This document shows, one piece after another, positions 26,503-38,360 of a DNA stretch of 64,000 nucleotides. Where the stretch lies: contig CM052816.1 in assembly GCA_028534125.1 (NCBI GenBank), positions 3,598,001-3,662,000 of the forward strand, written 5' to 3'. Source of the stretch: Lama glama. Taxonomy: Eukaryota. Each line of letters starts with the position of its first letter. The stretch's first letter is position 1. Made by a program: the position numbers and the translations under genes. The notes beneath the pieces were generated by a model. The model had not been told where the DNA came from, did no database searches, and was given only the letters and a program-made list of their open reading frames with translations.

Positions 26503-29296
26503 AGTTTTATCATCTTTTTGATTTCAGCGTTTTAAGATGTAAAATCTAGAATTGTTTATGCCATCTTATATGTATTGTTGATTTTTCTTCTGCTGATTAT
26601 TTTGGAGTCTTAAGTTGAACGCTTTGTTTATTCATTTCTCTAGGATAAGTTTAAATGCGTTTCTGATGACGGAAGGCTGCTTTGGCCAAGTTGCTTAACT
26701 GGTAGAGTTTTATTATTGCTCTTTAAATAGGCTGGGTTCCTTTCTCAAATCACTAAGTAGGGAAGTGTTTCTCACTTCTGAAATTTCTGGGATTTTTATA
26801 TTAATATAAACATATCCTCCTTTTCTACTTTCAGAGAATGTAGTCTGAAAAGGTTTTTTGAACGTTCTTATTTTGAGATTATACGTATGTCTTTTATACG
26901 ATCATGGGGCAATCTCTTTGATGCCATGTGTAGTTGTGTGTGTGTGTGCATTGTGTGTGATTTTTTTTGTTAATGCATTTCCACTTTGTAAGTTTAGAAA
27001 GAGTGGTGGAAATCTCCCACTTTATTTGTCAAATTTTCTTCTTCTTATATTTTGAAGTTTTGGATTTTTGGTTTTTGCTACTCACCTGTTTAGTAGAATA
27101 GTTTAAATCTAATCAACCAGACAGGAACTTCATTACATACTGTTGATCTTAATCTCTCCTGATACTTTTTACCATGAAGTCTACTTTAAAATACTGATTT
27201 TCTTTTTATTCAAGCTTTATAGGTTAGTTTTTGCCCACCAAGTTTTTAAATGCAACTTTTGACTTAGTGTTTTAATAGATGACAATGGATGATTTAGTGT
27301 TAGTTTCTGTCTTGATTTAATACCTATTATCCTAAACTTCGTCATTCAAAATTCTTACTTCCTACATAATTTAGAAGACTCTATTTTCACATTTTATATA
27401 TCCACTTTAAATTGTAATAGTTTCTATATACTGTCTCACAAGGATTCTATCATTATGTTTAATTACTTGCACCCAGAAGTCTTAAAGTCTGATCTGCTGT
27501 CTCTCATTGATGGTCATGAGAGTCTTCATGGGGGGCTGGAAATTGATCCTCAACCACAAGTACTGGGTGTCATTGAGGATAATTAAAATTTGGCATTCAC
27601 AGGCTAAAATTAACCTGTCGTTGGACTTCATTGGAGAAGCTAATTCATACATGTTGCACACAAGGTTTTTTCTGAAATGTGTTTATGTCTCTGCACTGTC
27701 ATCCCCATCCCCCGCCTCTGTACCCTGGGCTCTCTTCCTTGGATAAAGTAGGGCTTGGTTGCTAACTGAAGTTCAGAATTTTTACATCTTTTTTCAAAGG
27801 TGTCAAGTAGGAGGAAATGTAAAAGTTACTGATGTAGACCTATGTGCCAGGTAAAAAATGTTCCTTCAATGGAAGAACATGCACAGAGCTCTTTTTAGCT
27901 ACCTGGTATTTGATCTGCTTTCTGATTTTATACCAACAATGATGTCAATCAGTGTGACTCACGTGTAACAGCCTTTCCTTCTCATTAATGTTTCTGTATC
28001 ATTTCAGCTGTGCTTCATATGCTTTGCACGAATACATCAGGTCCCTTGAATGGTGTCTTCTCTGATTTCATTCTCTTTGATTTAGATTTTTGGGGGGTAA
28101 GTTTTCCCCAAAAAGGAAACCAATAAAATAAAAGTACTGCATCTTTGGAGATAAGCTGCACTCTGCCTGTGAATAAAAGTTTTTTCATAGGCTTTTACCT
28201 TTTGAGGATTCTGTAACGTTGCTTCAGTGTCATTTGCGGTCAAGGAGCTAAACGTGATGGGATGTAGCCTACAGTGAAAATGCAGTTGGGAACGCGCCCA
28301 GGGTCTGCCGTGTATTGGATCTGTAAATTCAGTCTTAGATGTTCTCGATGAGGAAATGAACTTTCCACCTTACCGTGTAATTATGAGAGGCGATGTAGAT
28401 ATGTCATTACTACTTCACAAAAGGTAACAATGAATACAAGCATCTTAGGGTCCCAGGCTGATAGGTAAATAGGTAAATCATAGTGCCATATAGAATTATA
28501 AAGAAATTAGAGCCAAGTAATGGGAGATTCAAGAAAGAATGGTAAGGACTACAGAGAAAAGGTGAAATGAGCATGGGATCCCGAGGGATAATGTCCTGTG
28601 ACAGGGTGATGCTACACGGAAGAGCATTCTAAGTGGGTGGAATAGTAGGTGCAAAAACTTGGTCAGCATCGTGGAAGGCCAGGAGAGGGGAGACGCTCAA
28701 AGTGGAGGGCTGACTGTGGTGTGTTCTGCCATGATATCCTTTCTTACCATAAATTGCCCCCAACTAGAGGAGCAGGGTTTGGATATTCTTTATAAGAGGA
28801 TGAAAAGTGGACCAGGGATGGGCAGTTGGCTTAAAAGTTGGCTCGAAGTTGGCTCATCCAGATGCTGACCAGGAATGCTAAGGTAGCCTGATTAAAAATG
28901 TTGTACCTAATACGGAGCAAGCTGACCGGCTTCTTCACTGATGTGGAGGGGGGAGTGGGAGACTGTAGCAAAAGGAGGCTGGGCAGGTCTTTGGGAGAGC
29001 GGTCGGGGAGGGCTGTTCCCTTGATGTTCTCCAGTTCCTGGGGACTCCCTATTTCCAGGCTGTGTATTACCTTATATTAAGCTCTCATTGATAAAGCAGC
29101 TTGTGTGAATCTCTTCCTAAGAACACAAATGGCTAAACAAAATTGTTAGGCCACTAATCAAAGAGATGGGAAAGAGAAGTTACTCTGAACATTGATTTCT
29201 GAGGTCGAGTCAGCAGAGTCACTGATGTAGCCACTGTGACAGTGGCATTCCCTAAAGAAGTGGACAAGGGTGCTTTCCTTCTTACCAATCATTATT

Positions 29297-29302
29297 TTTA
29301 TT
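29297..29302 (-). terminator. Candidate distal poly(A) signal AATAAA
   Basis: tttatt on +, at the end of an AT-rich block with an upstream UGUA element (taca on +). Confidence 0.55.
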
Positions 29303-30169
29303 AATATATTTTACAAGACTGCAGTTGAAATAATATTAAATACAAATTTCTTTATACAGAAAGTGTAATAAAGTTAAAATAGTTCCTTGTAATTCATAGC
29401 ATTATTGCAATGCTTACAAAATTTTTGCATAGAGTGTGCAAGGATTGATGTTACTCAAAACCAAACTGAAAAGCTCTCCTTACATCACACCCAAACCGGG
29501 AGAAAAGCCAAACCAAACCAAACAAAAAATAACCCCAAGGCTGAACTCAACTGATGTATGGGAATGGGGTTCCTTTTTCAAAATTGCCAAGCAAATGGGA
29601 CCTCTGTGACCTGACCTTTACTGTGAAAAGCACCAGAATCTGGCTTCTTCGGGGGTGCACTGAGCCCGCCCACTGATGGACAGTCCTCCATCTTTCCCTT
29701 CTAAAACACGACTTTCTTAACAAGTGTTTTTCTGCTTCCTTGTGGCCTTGAAAAGGGAGACACTTGACTGGGGAGGTAGTTAACAGATGGGAAACTCTGT
29801 GCCCCCCTTGCCAAACACTGGATCTAAATTAGGTTAGTTCTGTGTCCTCCCTGAATTCAGGTCCGCCAGCTCCTCCTCCTGCTGTGTGAGGACCTCTCCG
29901 TCTCTGCCGGGGAACCTAATTTCTGGCTCTGGTGATGTTGGTTCCACGAGACCCATGAAAGGTACCAGTTCCTGCTTTGCCATTTGTACACAGTCACCAG
30001 TAAAAGGAAATCCCAGGATGAGCAACTGTAAAGCAGGATCTTTGACATTGCTTAGCCCATCCCTTTACTGAGGTCTGGCGGCTGCGGGGGGAGGTGCTGG
30101 ACCACAGGGCACTGCAGGACCCTGGGTGGCACTGGACTGACTGTTAGGAGCAGCGAGCAGCTCTGTCCA

Positions 30170-30184
30170 CAGCCCTCTAGCGGC
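30170..30184 (-). promoter_or_regulatory. CTCF-like motif GCCGCTAGAGGGCTG
   Basis: Good match to the CTCF core; motif evidence only. Confidence 0.4.
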
Positions 30185-31249
30185 TCAGACACGGGCTTTT
30201 GAGAAAGCACAGGAAAGCAGGATGGACCCTGCCCTCTGCTGCGGTGCTCGCTCAGCTCTGGGTGGGGGCAGGTTGACAGCAGGACCTCCTGTTCACATGG
30301 TCCCTGGCTGAGTTCATTCTTCACAATATTTCAGGTCTTTTAACTCTTAGAGCTCAAACCCTGACCCCTTGGCATCGAAGATGAAAGGCCCCAAAGCCAC
30401 CAAGTTGGGAGGAACTCAAATATCCTCTCCCTTAATAGTGGGAATGCCACCAGCTTTGTTGTGGAATCTAGGACGCCAGTGTCCAATGTACAGGATCAAG
30501 GTTAAACGGGGCCCCTGTAGAGACAAGGAATGACAAGTAGGTCCCCTTTCTAACTCAGATCCATTGGTAGTGACGGCCCACGTGTTTTGGTGAGAAGAAT
30601 TCTGCACATGGGGACCGTTATGTTATGACTGACAAGGTATAGGGGTGGGGGACTCCAGCCATTATCCCAGCCAGCATGGCCCCCGTGGGTGCTGACTGCC
30701 AAGTGCCAGCTGAGTCCTTGCTAGTCAACACTGTCTTGTAGGGGAACAGGGATTATGAGAGCAACTGAGTTCCCTTCCATATGAATCTTTCCTTGAATCT
30801 CGCCACAAGAGGGAGGGAAGGTTGATAACCAGATGGTATCAAAGACGTCACCTAAAAGAAGACCTTTGTCTTTTGAAGTGAGATACAGAGGCAGGAGCTG
30901 TATGTGAGCGGAAATGCAGGTTTGTTTAGCCACACCTATGGATCATCAAGTAATACTTCTCTTTTAAATGGAAGCTGACAACCCAGGCATCTGAATTTGT
31001 GAGGACAAGGAGTCTGACTTAACAAGAATAATGGAGCAAACTAGTTTTTCCTGGTTCCAGATTCTATTATTCAGACAGATCTTCTGTAATTTCACCACTG
31101 GTATCTCTATTTCAGTACTGGCTGCCGTCACAGATGAGAGATGAGAGGAGGGAGGGGGAGAAAAGTTTTATAGGCTCATCCACCCAAGAAGGACTAGTCT
31201 AAAAACTGGTAGGAGACCCTTCTTAACAGCTCGAAAAATAGTTGAACAT

Positions 31250-31495
31250 GTTGGTGACTTCCAAGCATAGCGGTCTGGAGTTAGACCCACATTGCAGCTC
31301 TGCCCCTTTCTAGCGAGTCACTTTGAGCACCTTTCCTAACCTTTCCAAGCCTCAGTTGCCACATCTGTAGATTGGGACTATAATGAAAGCCAACTCAAAG
31401 GATTGCTCCAAGGATGAAATAAGTGAATGCAGATAATACACTCAGCACAGAGCCTAGCACAGAGTAAGAGCTCAATGAATATTAGTTAATAAAAA
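31250..31495 (+). mobile_element. Near full-length MIR inside the inferred SGCD 3' UTR
   Basis: tctggagttagacc...aagcctcagttgccacatctgta...agcacagagcctagcacagagtaagagctcaatgaatattag. Confidence 0.8.
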
Positions 31496-34151
31496 ATTAT
31501 GATTGTAATCGGAAAATAGAATCCAACTCCTGCTGTCTTAGAGTAGGCTTCGGGTCCAAGGAGACCTCTGTGATTTTATGCAAAATTCTGCGAGTAGGAT
31601 TCTTTTTTTTTCAAGAGAAGTTTCAGAACTTGGCTCAGATGTCTCAAAAGAGCCTCTGCACCGCCCCTCGCCAGTGTCAGGACCTCATGAATTTCACACA
31701 TTTAGGGAGTAAAGAGGCACCAATGCCTTCTGTGTCAACAAATATCATCTTCCTGCCCTCAGACAATTCTTTGCTTTACTGATCCTGTGTAACCGAATTG
31801 ACCCACTTAGAATTTATGAAATCTGAGCTGCCTGTTGCAGTAAAATAACCCAGATGTGGAAGCAGGGAGTAGAGGCATGGGAAGAGGCAGGACTATGAGA
31901 CAAGCAGGGTAGATTTTAGGTGAGACAGGTGTTTCCTTCCCTCTTCCCCCCAAGAGGGCAGCCTCCTGTCTGTTTTATTTATCTGAACTTAGCGATGAAG
32001 CAAAACCCCCTCATTGCCCCGTGAGGGTGTCCACACGCTTGAGGAGGCATTTTGGAACGCTGCTGTGGTTTCCCATTGCGACAGCTGGATTTGGACTCTA
32101 AAAATACGTCTTGCCTATAGCAACGTTTCCTCTGTTGAATCGCAAACCTCATGCAAGTGGAACTGATAGTAACTTGCAGGGCAGAAGGTGTTTACTGATG
32201 GAGTCGATCACGTCGCTAACACTGTTCGGGCATCACACTTCCCGTGGCCTCAAGGGCTCACGTGTCTTTGCTCTGCTTTCTTTTTTTCGAGGGAAGATGC
32301 TCACTTCCCACTGTGTGTGTGTAAAAGGAGGGGAGAAGACCAAGGAGCGTGGCTCACCCCAAACGGGATGTTTTCCTTCATCCTTGTGCTCTGACAATAC
32401 TCAAAACAAGGACCTCCCACAAATAATTATTTTCCCCTTGCCATTCAGACCTGCCTTGAGAAATTTCAAGGGCTCCATTATGAAAAAAGCTTTAAATAAG
32501 CATAGAAATCACATTGCTTTTGAAAGGGCTAATGCGCGCGGTGGGCAGGGGCTGCGGGCTGCAGCCCAGGCTTCAGAGTGCTTTATCTCTTATCAGTGGT
32601 TTAGCTTTGTGAATGAGAAACTCAGAGGCAACTGTATAATTTTAAATTCCGATTACCAGCAAGAAAGAGATGTATCTGACATCCCCATGCGGTAGCTTTG
32701 ACTATTTTAATGGAAATCTGTAGGCGCTGGGGGAGCCTGCCACCGAGCAGAAAGTGATGAAAGAGCGGAAGAGAGACATTTTATCTTTGAGATAAAAGGC
32801 CTGTTTTTCTAAGGTTGTTTCTTTTACTACGACTTTTTTCCCCACCTGCTACTGGGGCGCCATGCAATGTCTCATTCCGGGAAGGCCTCTCCTCATCTTT
32901 TTTGTGCTTAAGATTTCCTGGTGCAGGGGAAAGAGAGGAGAGGGGTCTTGTGTACCGTTCACTGACACAAGATTGTCACCTTTCACAGCGCCTTAGAAAA
33001 TGAGGACCAGGTGCTTAAAGGGGTCTGTTTACCTCCCTGGTCCAAACATCAGGCTGCCTTTTGCCTAAAATAAACAAAAGCAAGGTACTCTCGTGTAGCT
33101 GCTCCTGTGAAGGCTGATTTAACCCTCTTTCAGTTGAATCCAGGTAAAATGCTGAAGGACCCCTTTAAGTGACACTGATTAGGGTCTGGTCAATGGTGGG
33201 CATTTTTATTTTTAAAAAAAAAAAGCAACTTTGCTCCCCAACATGAATACTCACACTTACAAAGAATCATTCATAACTGATGTCATTTTAACAACACTGG
33301 ATGGGAGCAGAAAGCCCTGGGTTAGCAACAGGGATGCAGGCTGAGGGGACCAGTCTCTGGAGGAACCTGCCTGGCTACACAGAGGCAGAGATGTTGGAAT
33401 TCAAAATAGGTCTTTCTTTGTACTCCTATTACAGCAAAGAACCAATGACCCAGATCCTTGGAAACAATGTCAAACTGGTATTCATGTGGGTCTGCACCGC
33501 CACCCCCGCCACTGCAACCCCCAGCAATAGCTTCATGAAATAAGTCTTCTATATTTTTTCTTCCTATGTATTTTAAGATATTTCTTTGAATACTTCTAAT
33601 TATTTATTGGTCCCATCAACCCTTCAGGCCTGATGTGGTCATAGGAAAGCAAGTCCATGGGATGTATGAATAACTGAGGTGATGGATGCCAAAGAGATGT
33701 GTCAAGTCAAAAATATTCTTTGGGAGACCATGGTATGGGCATCTTTCTGGAATAGGGGAAGATGAGCAGAGACTGCAGAAATATTTCATCAGGACAGAGA
33801 TACTAAATTTAAATCAAAGAACCCCCTGCTTTACTTCTTGTCACACAGTGATGCTGACCAGAGAGACCACGTATATATTAGGGGTCCTAGGGAAAAGCTT
33901 TTGGAAGATCAAAGCTTTCCTTTTCCAGTAAACCTTTCCCTAATTGCATCCTCCCCATTCCCAAGAATCCTGGGAGCCTGTTTCCCAGACAAGTGGATCT
34001 CTTCTACACGTAGTGTTAAGGTGGCCCATTTTTTCTCTGATCAAGTATTGATATCCCCAAGCACACGTGGAAATGTCAGCTTACTCATAATATCACTTGC
34101 TCTCTCTCCTGCTGTTTGCAACCCAAATGAGGTGATAAATGACCTCAGTGC

Positions 34152-34346
34152 AAGGGGTCAGCACACATTTTACATAAAGAACCAACTGGTAACTTTTATG
34201 GGACCCCCGAGGTCTCTGGCACAGATACGCATCTGTCCTGGTCCAGTATGGATGAATGGGCGTGGCTGTGTTACCATCAAGTTTTATTTACAAAGACGGA
34301 TGATCAGTCCCAGTGGGTCTAGGGGACCAGAGTGTGCTGACTCCTG
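34152..34346. mobile_element. MER58A-like hAT-Charlie element
   Basis: Termini aggggtcagca / tgctgactcctg; internal gaatgggcgtggctgtgttaccatcaagttttatttacaaa. Confidence 0.8.
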
Positions 34347-37346
34347 TTCTAGGGTCAAGCCCCAAGCAGTCTTTGGTCTGTGATGCTGGATATACAATGA
34401 AAGTCATTCAAGGGAAAAACTGGCCTAAAGGAAGTTGAAAACCGAGTCAAGTTTACAAGCTTAAACCCATCCAGTTTCTACCTAGACAGATGCCAGCATA
34501 AGGGTTTTTGAAAACCTCCCTAAGAATGAACTCTTAGTACTTAGTGAGCGGCTATCAGATAGAACTCAGTGGTAAGCATAACTGGAGATCAACCTAATTT
34601 ATAAATCTTTTCTGAAGAAGGTTGACATACCAGAACGTCTAGAATATTGAAAATTCATTTGAACTCTCGGTTCAGCCACCCACTGCTGAATATACTGAAA
34701 GCTGTGATTGTCTAGAAAATATTGTTCAGAGAGATTAGAAAGAATCTCATTTTTTAAAATTAGAGGTTATAAGATTTTAATGTAAAAGTTTTTTTATTAT
34801 TATTATTCCCAGAATTCAGGTAAAGCTTTTTCTTATGACTGTAGACAAATATTCTAGTTGGTGGAAGTTGGGAGAAAAAAATATACATTGAATGACTCAA
34901 TATGCATTTACCAAACTGTAAAGTCTGAACTGAAATACACACTTCAATGCATTCCAAGCTTCCTGCCTGTTACCTGGTATATTGTGGACACTTAGCACAA
35001 ATGCAAATCTGAGTGTGATATCATGTCTGTCCTCATAGGCGCTAGATGTCTATTCTTGGTGGCTGTTACTCTTTTTATTCTGTTTGAGATCTGATTACCT
35101 TTAGGATTAAATTTTGCAAGTGGGATCACACCCGTCTTTTCTATTGGCATAAAAATGCCCCAGGTGCTGATCTCAGACTTTTGTGTAATGATTAGAACAA
35201 AAGTAGACGGCAGAGGTTCAGGGAACCTTCCGTTCCCTTGTCATCCGTAGATTATGTACTTGAGATGACCGAATGCAAAGATGGTCTGTTTGCTTAAAAA
35301 AAAAAAAACCAAAAACAACCCTCTGTCTTCAGGTTTTTAGCCACAAGGGACCTCAGACCTGCGACTGCTGATCTGAATGGTACGCGGTTGGTGCCTCCAG
35401 TTGCCGTGGAGGGCCTTTCCTACTTGGAAAAACCTCTGGGTGTGCTACGTGTCGATTCTGGAAGCGTGATCCTACAGGATGTATATAATACTGACCCAGA
35501 GCAATTGGGTATCTTTTGGGGGTTTTCGTTTTCAGACCGCAGTGTGGTAAATGAAGCAGTCTTATCATCTCACCCTCGAACAACCCAATTCTCCTATAGG
35601 GATATTGAGCAAGAGAGACAGGAGGGAGCCTGGGGTCTGGGCGCCAGCAGGGCCGCCGCGCAGGCTAGACCCATCCCTCCTGCCCCCACCTCTAAGTGAG
35701 TGAGCCACGCACAACCTGCTTTTACGTCCCACGTGTGCAAACCTCAGCCTGAGGCTTGAGTGTCGTCTCAAATACACGAAACCTCTTACTTGTTTGCTGT
35801 GGCGAATCTCCCCCTGCTTGTGAAGTAAGACAAAGTAGAACCTTGTTGAGGAAAAAAAAATAAATGCCATTCAGGTCTACAAATACAACTGGATTTAGGA
35901 CCATGGGGCCACTGCTCGCCAAACGGCATCCAGAACTGTCTAAGCCCGTTGCGTCTCCATGCCGGGCTCCGTGGAGTCCACATCCGTTGGCCACTTGGTC
36001 TACCGGCTGTGAGATGCCTAGGCATTCTGAAACCCCTCCAATCACTCAAAGTAAACTGCAGGTAACGACAGGATAAACAGGGTGTGCTTCTCCTTGCTGA
36101 GTGCATTGACTTAAGGCATAGGCACAGTTTCCCCCTCTTTGAACAGAGACGGTGTAATCCCCTGTCCCAGCACAAGAGCAGACCAGGGTGACCCTGGAGC
36201 GTGAGGATGAGCGCGGACGGATGAGAGGTAGCTGATGGCGGGAATTAGGGAGCTGCTTCCACATACAGGGAGCGGGTGCCGCTGGGCCCAGGGACACAGT
36301 GGTTCTCATGGAGACACTTGACTCAGTCTATATGCACTTTCAGTGAGCATTTCTGGGGCCACGTGGTGCTTTCGATCTGTGACTCCTGGGTCACTAGTCT
36401 TACAGAAAACAGAATGGTAAATTTAGAACTAGGACTCTCCGGACCCTGAAAAAATATATTTGAAGATGGAAGGCAGAGAGTTTGTGCATGCCTTTAAAAA
36501 GAAAAGGCATGTCTCTGAATGACCTACCGATCCGGAGGAACCTGTGCAAAGTAAGTAGGTTCCTGACGCTACTCTTGGAGTTCCACCTCCAAATAGCTTC
36601 TCTTGGGGCAGAGGTTCCACTCCGAAGGGTTTTGATTGACCCGATCATTTTGGGTAGGTGTCTGTCGGATCAAGTCAGAAGTGAGGACGTAACAGCCTTT
36701 TTTTCTCTTCCTTTAAACAGAGACATATCGCCCATTTATTCTTTGTCAGGGCTTTGAGTAGCTTCCAGCCGGCTGAGGAGCAGCTGTAATTCTATTTTGC
36801 GCTGATTTACAGCTCCTATTTTGACTGTGGGATAGTATGTGAGTTTGAAGGAAGGAAGCTAGCAGGAATTGGGTGAGCAGTTCAAACTTGGCTAAAGTCC
36901 ATCGTCCTCATCATCCAGCTACAGAAGCCCCAACACGTTTGGCTGCAAAAGCAGAACAGTCATTCCGACTTCCTCTGGTGGCCTTCGCTGGCGCCGCCCC
37001 CACCCCCACCTTGAAGAGAGTGCAGGTGGCCAGCTGTATCGAAGCTAAAAGTGGAAACTCAATGTCTGCTTTTACTACAAGGGTCTCAGCCCTCGGGCGT
37101 GACCTGCAAATTCCCGCCATCACTGCCTTGTAATGACACTGAAGGCCAAGACAGGCTGTTACTCCAACACGTAGGTAAATGCTCAGTACGTGTCCACACA
37201 CTGTGACATTCTGAAGGGTCTGGGGAGTAGGGCTCGAATTCGTGTCGGATTTATCATGTAGGGGGTGGGGCTGGGATGGAAATGACGGTGGATATCACAG
37301 GGTCACCCATGGTTCCTTTTGTACTGAAACCTTTTTTATACAGAGG

Positions 37347-37436
37347 ATATATATATTTATTTATATATATATTTATATATATTTATATCTATGCACACAC
37401 TCAAACACACGCACACACACGCACGCACGCACGCAC
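37347..37436. repeat. (TA)n-(CA)n-(GCAC)n compound microsatellite in the proximal 3' UTR
   Basis: Directly visible. Confidence 0.9.
37356..37361 (-). terminator. Candidate proximal poly(A) signal AATAAA
   Basis: tttatt on +, about 185 nt after the stop codon, inside a (TA)n tract; a TATAAA variant lies at 37340-37335. Confidence 0.5.
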
Positions 37437-37544
37437 AAGGTCTTTGATAGGCTTTCTGTGTTCTAGTAAAAAGAGCTGGCAGCCAGTGTGTAAAGCCAAA
37501 AAAAGGCCCTGATGCTGCCGACAGCGTCCGCTCTGCACCGTCCC

Positions 37545-37718
37545 TCAAAGGCAGACGCTTGTGTTGATCTGACAGGTGGAGCCCGTTCCCGCCTGGGACA
37601 GGAACAGCCTGCCGTTGGCGCAGACACAGATCTCGAAGACCTTCTGCCTCGTTCCTGTGGGCGTGTAGGAGCCATGAGGCAGCCTAGGTAGTCTGATTTT
37701 CGCAGCATCCAACTTAAT
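37545..37718 (-). CDS. SGCD: Delta-sarcoglycan, last coding exon (exon 9), 57 aa plus stop, with the C-terminal cysteine cluster
   Basis: ctctctttag|ATT AAG TTG... translates to [57 protein letters not shown], with TGA at 37547-37545. It has four Cys and an NTS sequon. A CTAAC branch-point match lies at 37749-37745. The ORF track misses this exon because it has no start codon. Confidence 0.97.
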   Translation of the reverse strand: MKLDAAKIRLPRLPHGSYTPTGTRQKVFEICVCANGRLFLSQAGTGSTCQINTSVCL

Positions 37719-37789
37719 CTAAAGAGAGTCAACAGGAAGGGAGAGTTAGAGGCTGTCATGTATCCTGTGGACATTCAGAAACGGTGGAT

Positions 37790-37915
37790 GGACATTCAGT
37801 CGTAATCGATTGGGAGCACCTACTATGTGTTTGGCATTGCAGGCACTGGAGGTCCGGAGAGGAACGGGAGAGGTAACGTCTCTCTACCCTCCCGGAAGCT
37901 TACATTGTGGCAAGA
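37790..37915 (-). mobile_element. L2 3' end fragment
   Basis: gagcacctactatgtgtttggcattg...ccctcccggaagcttacatt. Confidence 0.65.
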
Positions 37916-38029
37916 CGACGTTGCCCTGGTAACGTCATGTATAGATTAGCATTTTGCAAACGTATATGATAATGTAGATTGTGAACGGATTCCTAGAGTG
38001 AAATAAATTTGGAAATGCTAGGTGAACCT

Positions 38030-38360
38030 TTTTTTTTTCCACATATTTATCTTTTTGGTCTCTTTCAATCTACAGGTTTTCCTGTACTTTTTTTTTCTCC
38101 TTTGCAATTGATTGGTTGAAGACACAGGATTATTGTTCTATTACTTCCCTTACTCTGGATTTTCCTCTGTTCTCTATGTTTCCTGCAAGTTGGCAGTTGA
38201 ATCTAGGCTTAATCAGATTCAGAACAATTTTCTTTATTGGGGACGTCTCAGACCCTAAGCACATCTGTGTGCATGGAGGGGCTTCAAGAATACGCAGCAC
38301 TTTCTGGTCTTCAATGACTGTTAGGATTATAACCGGTTCCTTCAGAGTCCTGACTCGGAT
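38030..38360 (-). mobile_element. L1MC-like fragment in the last intron
   Basis: tttcctgcaagttggcagttgaatctaggcttaatcagattcag. Confidence 0.45.

Larger units (their letters stand above)
29280..37544 (-). other. SGCD: SGCD long 3' UTR (about 8.3 kb, inferred)
   Basis: Repeat-poor sequence runs from the stop codon to an AT-rich block with AATAAA (minus) at 29302-29297. The length agrees with my recollection of a roughly 8-kb human SGCD 3' UTR. The end point is inferred. Confidence 0.6.

Noticed and set aside
32111..32695. 194-aa plus-strand ORF, and the 181-aa ORF at 33838-34383
   Set aside because: Both have non-ATG starts, no recognisable domain and lie antisense to the SGCD UTR; the second runs through MER58.
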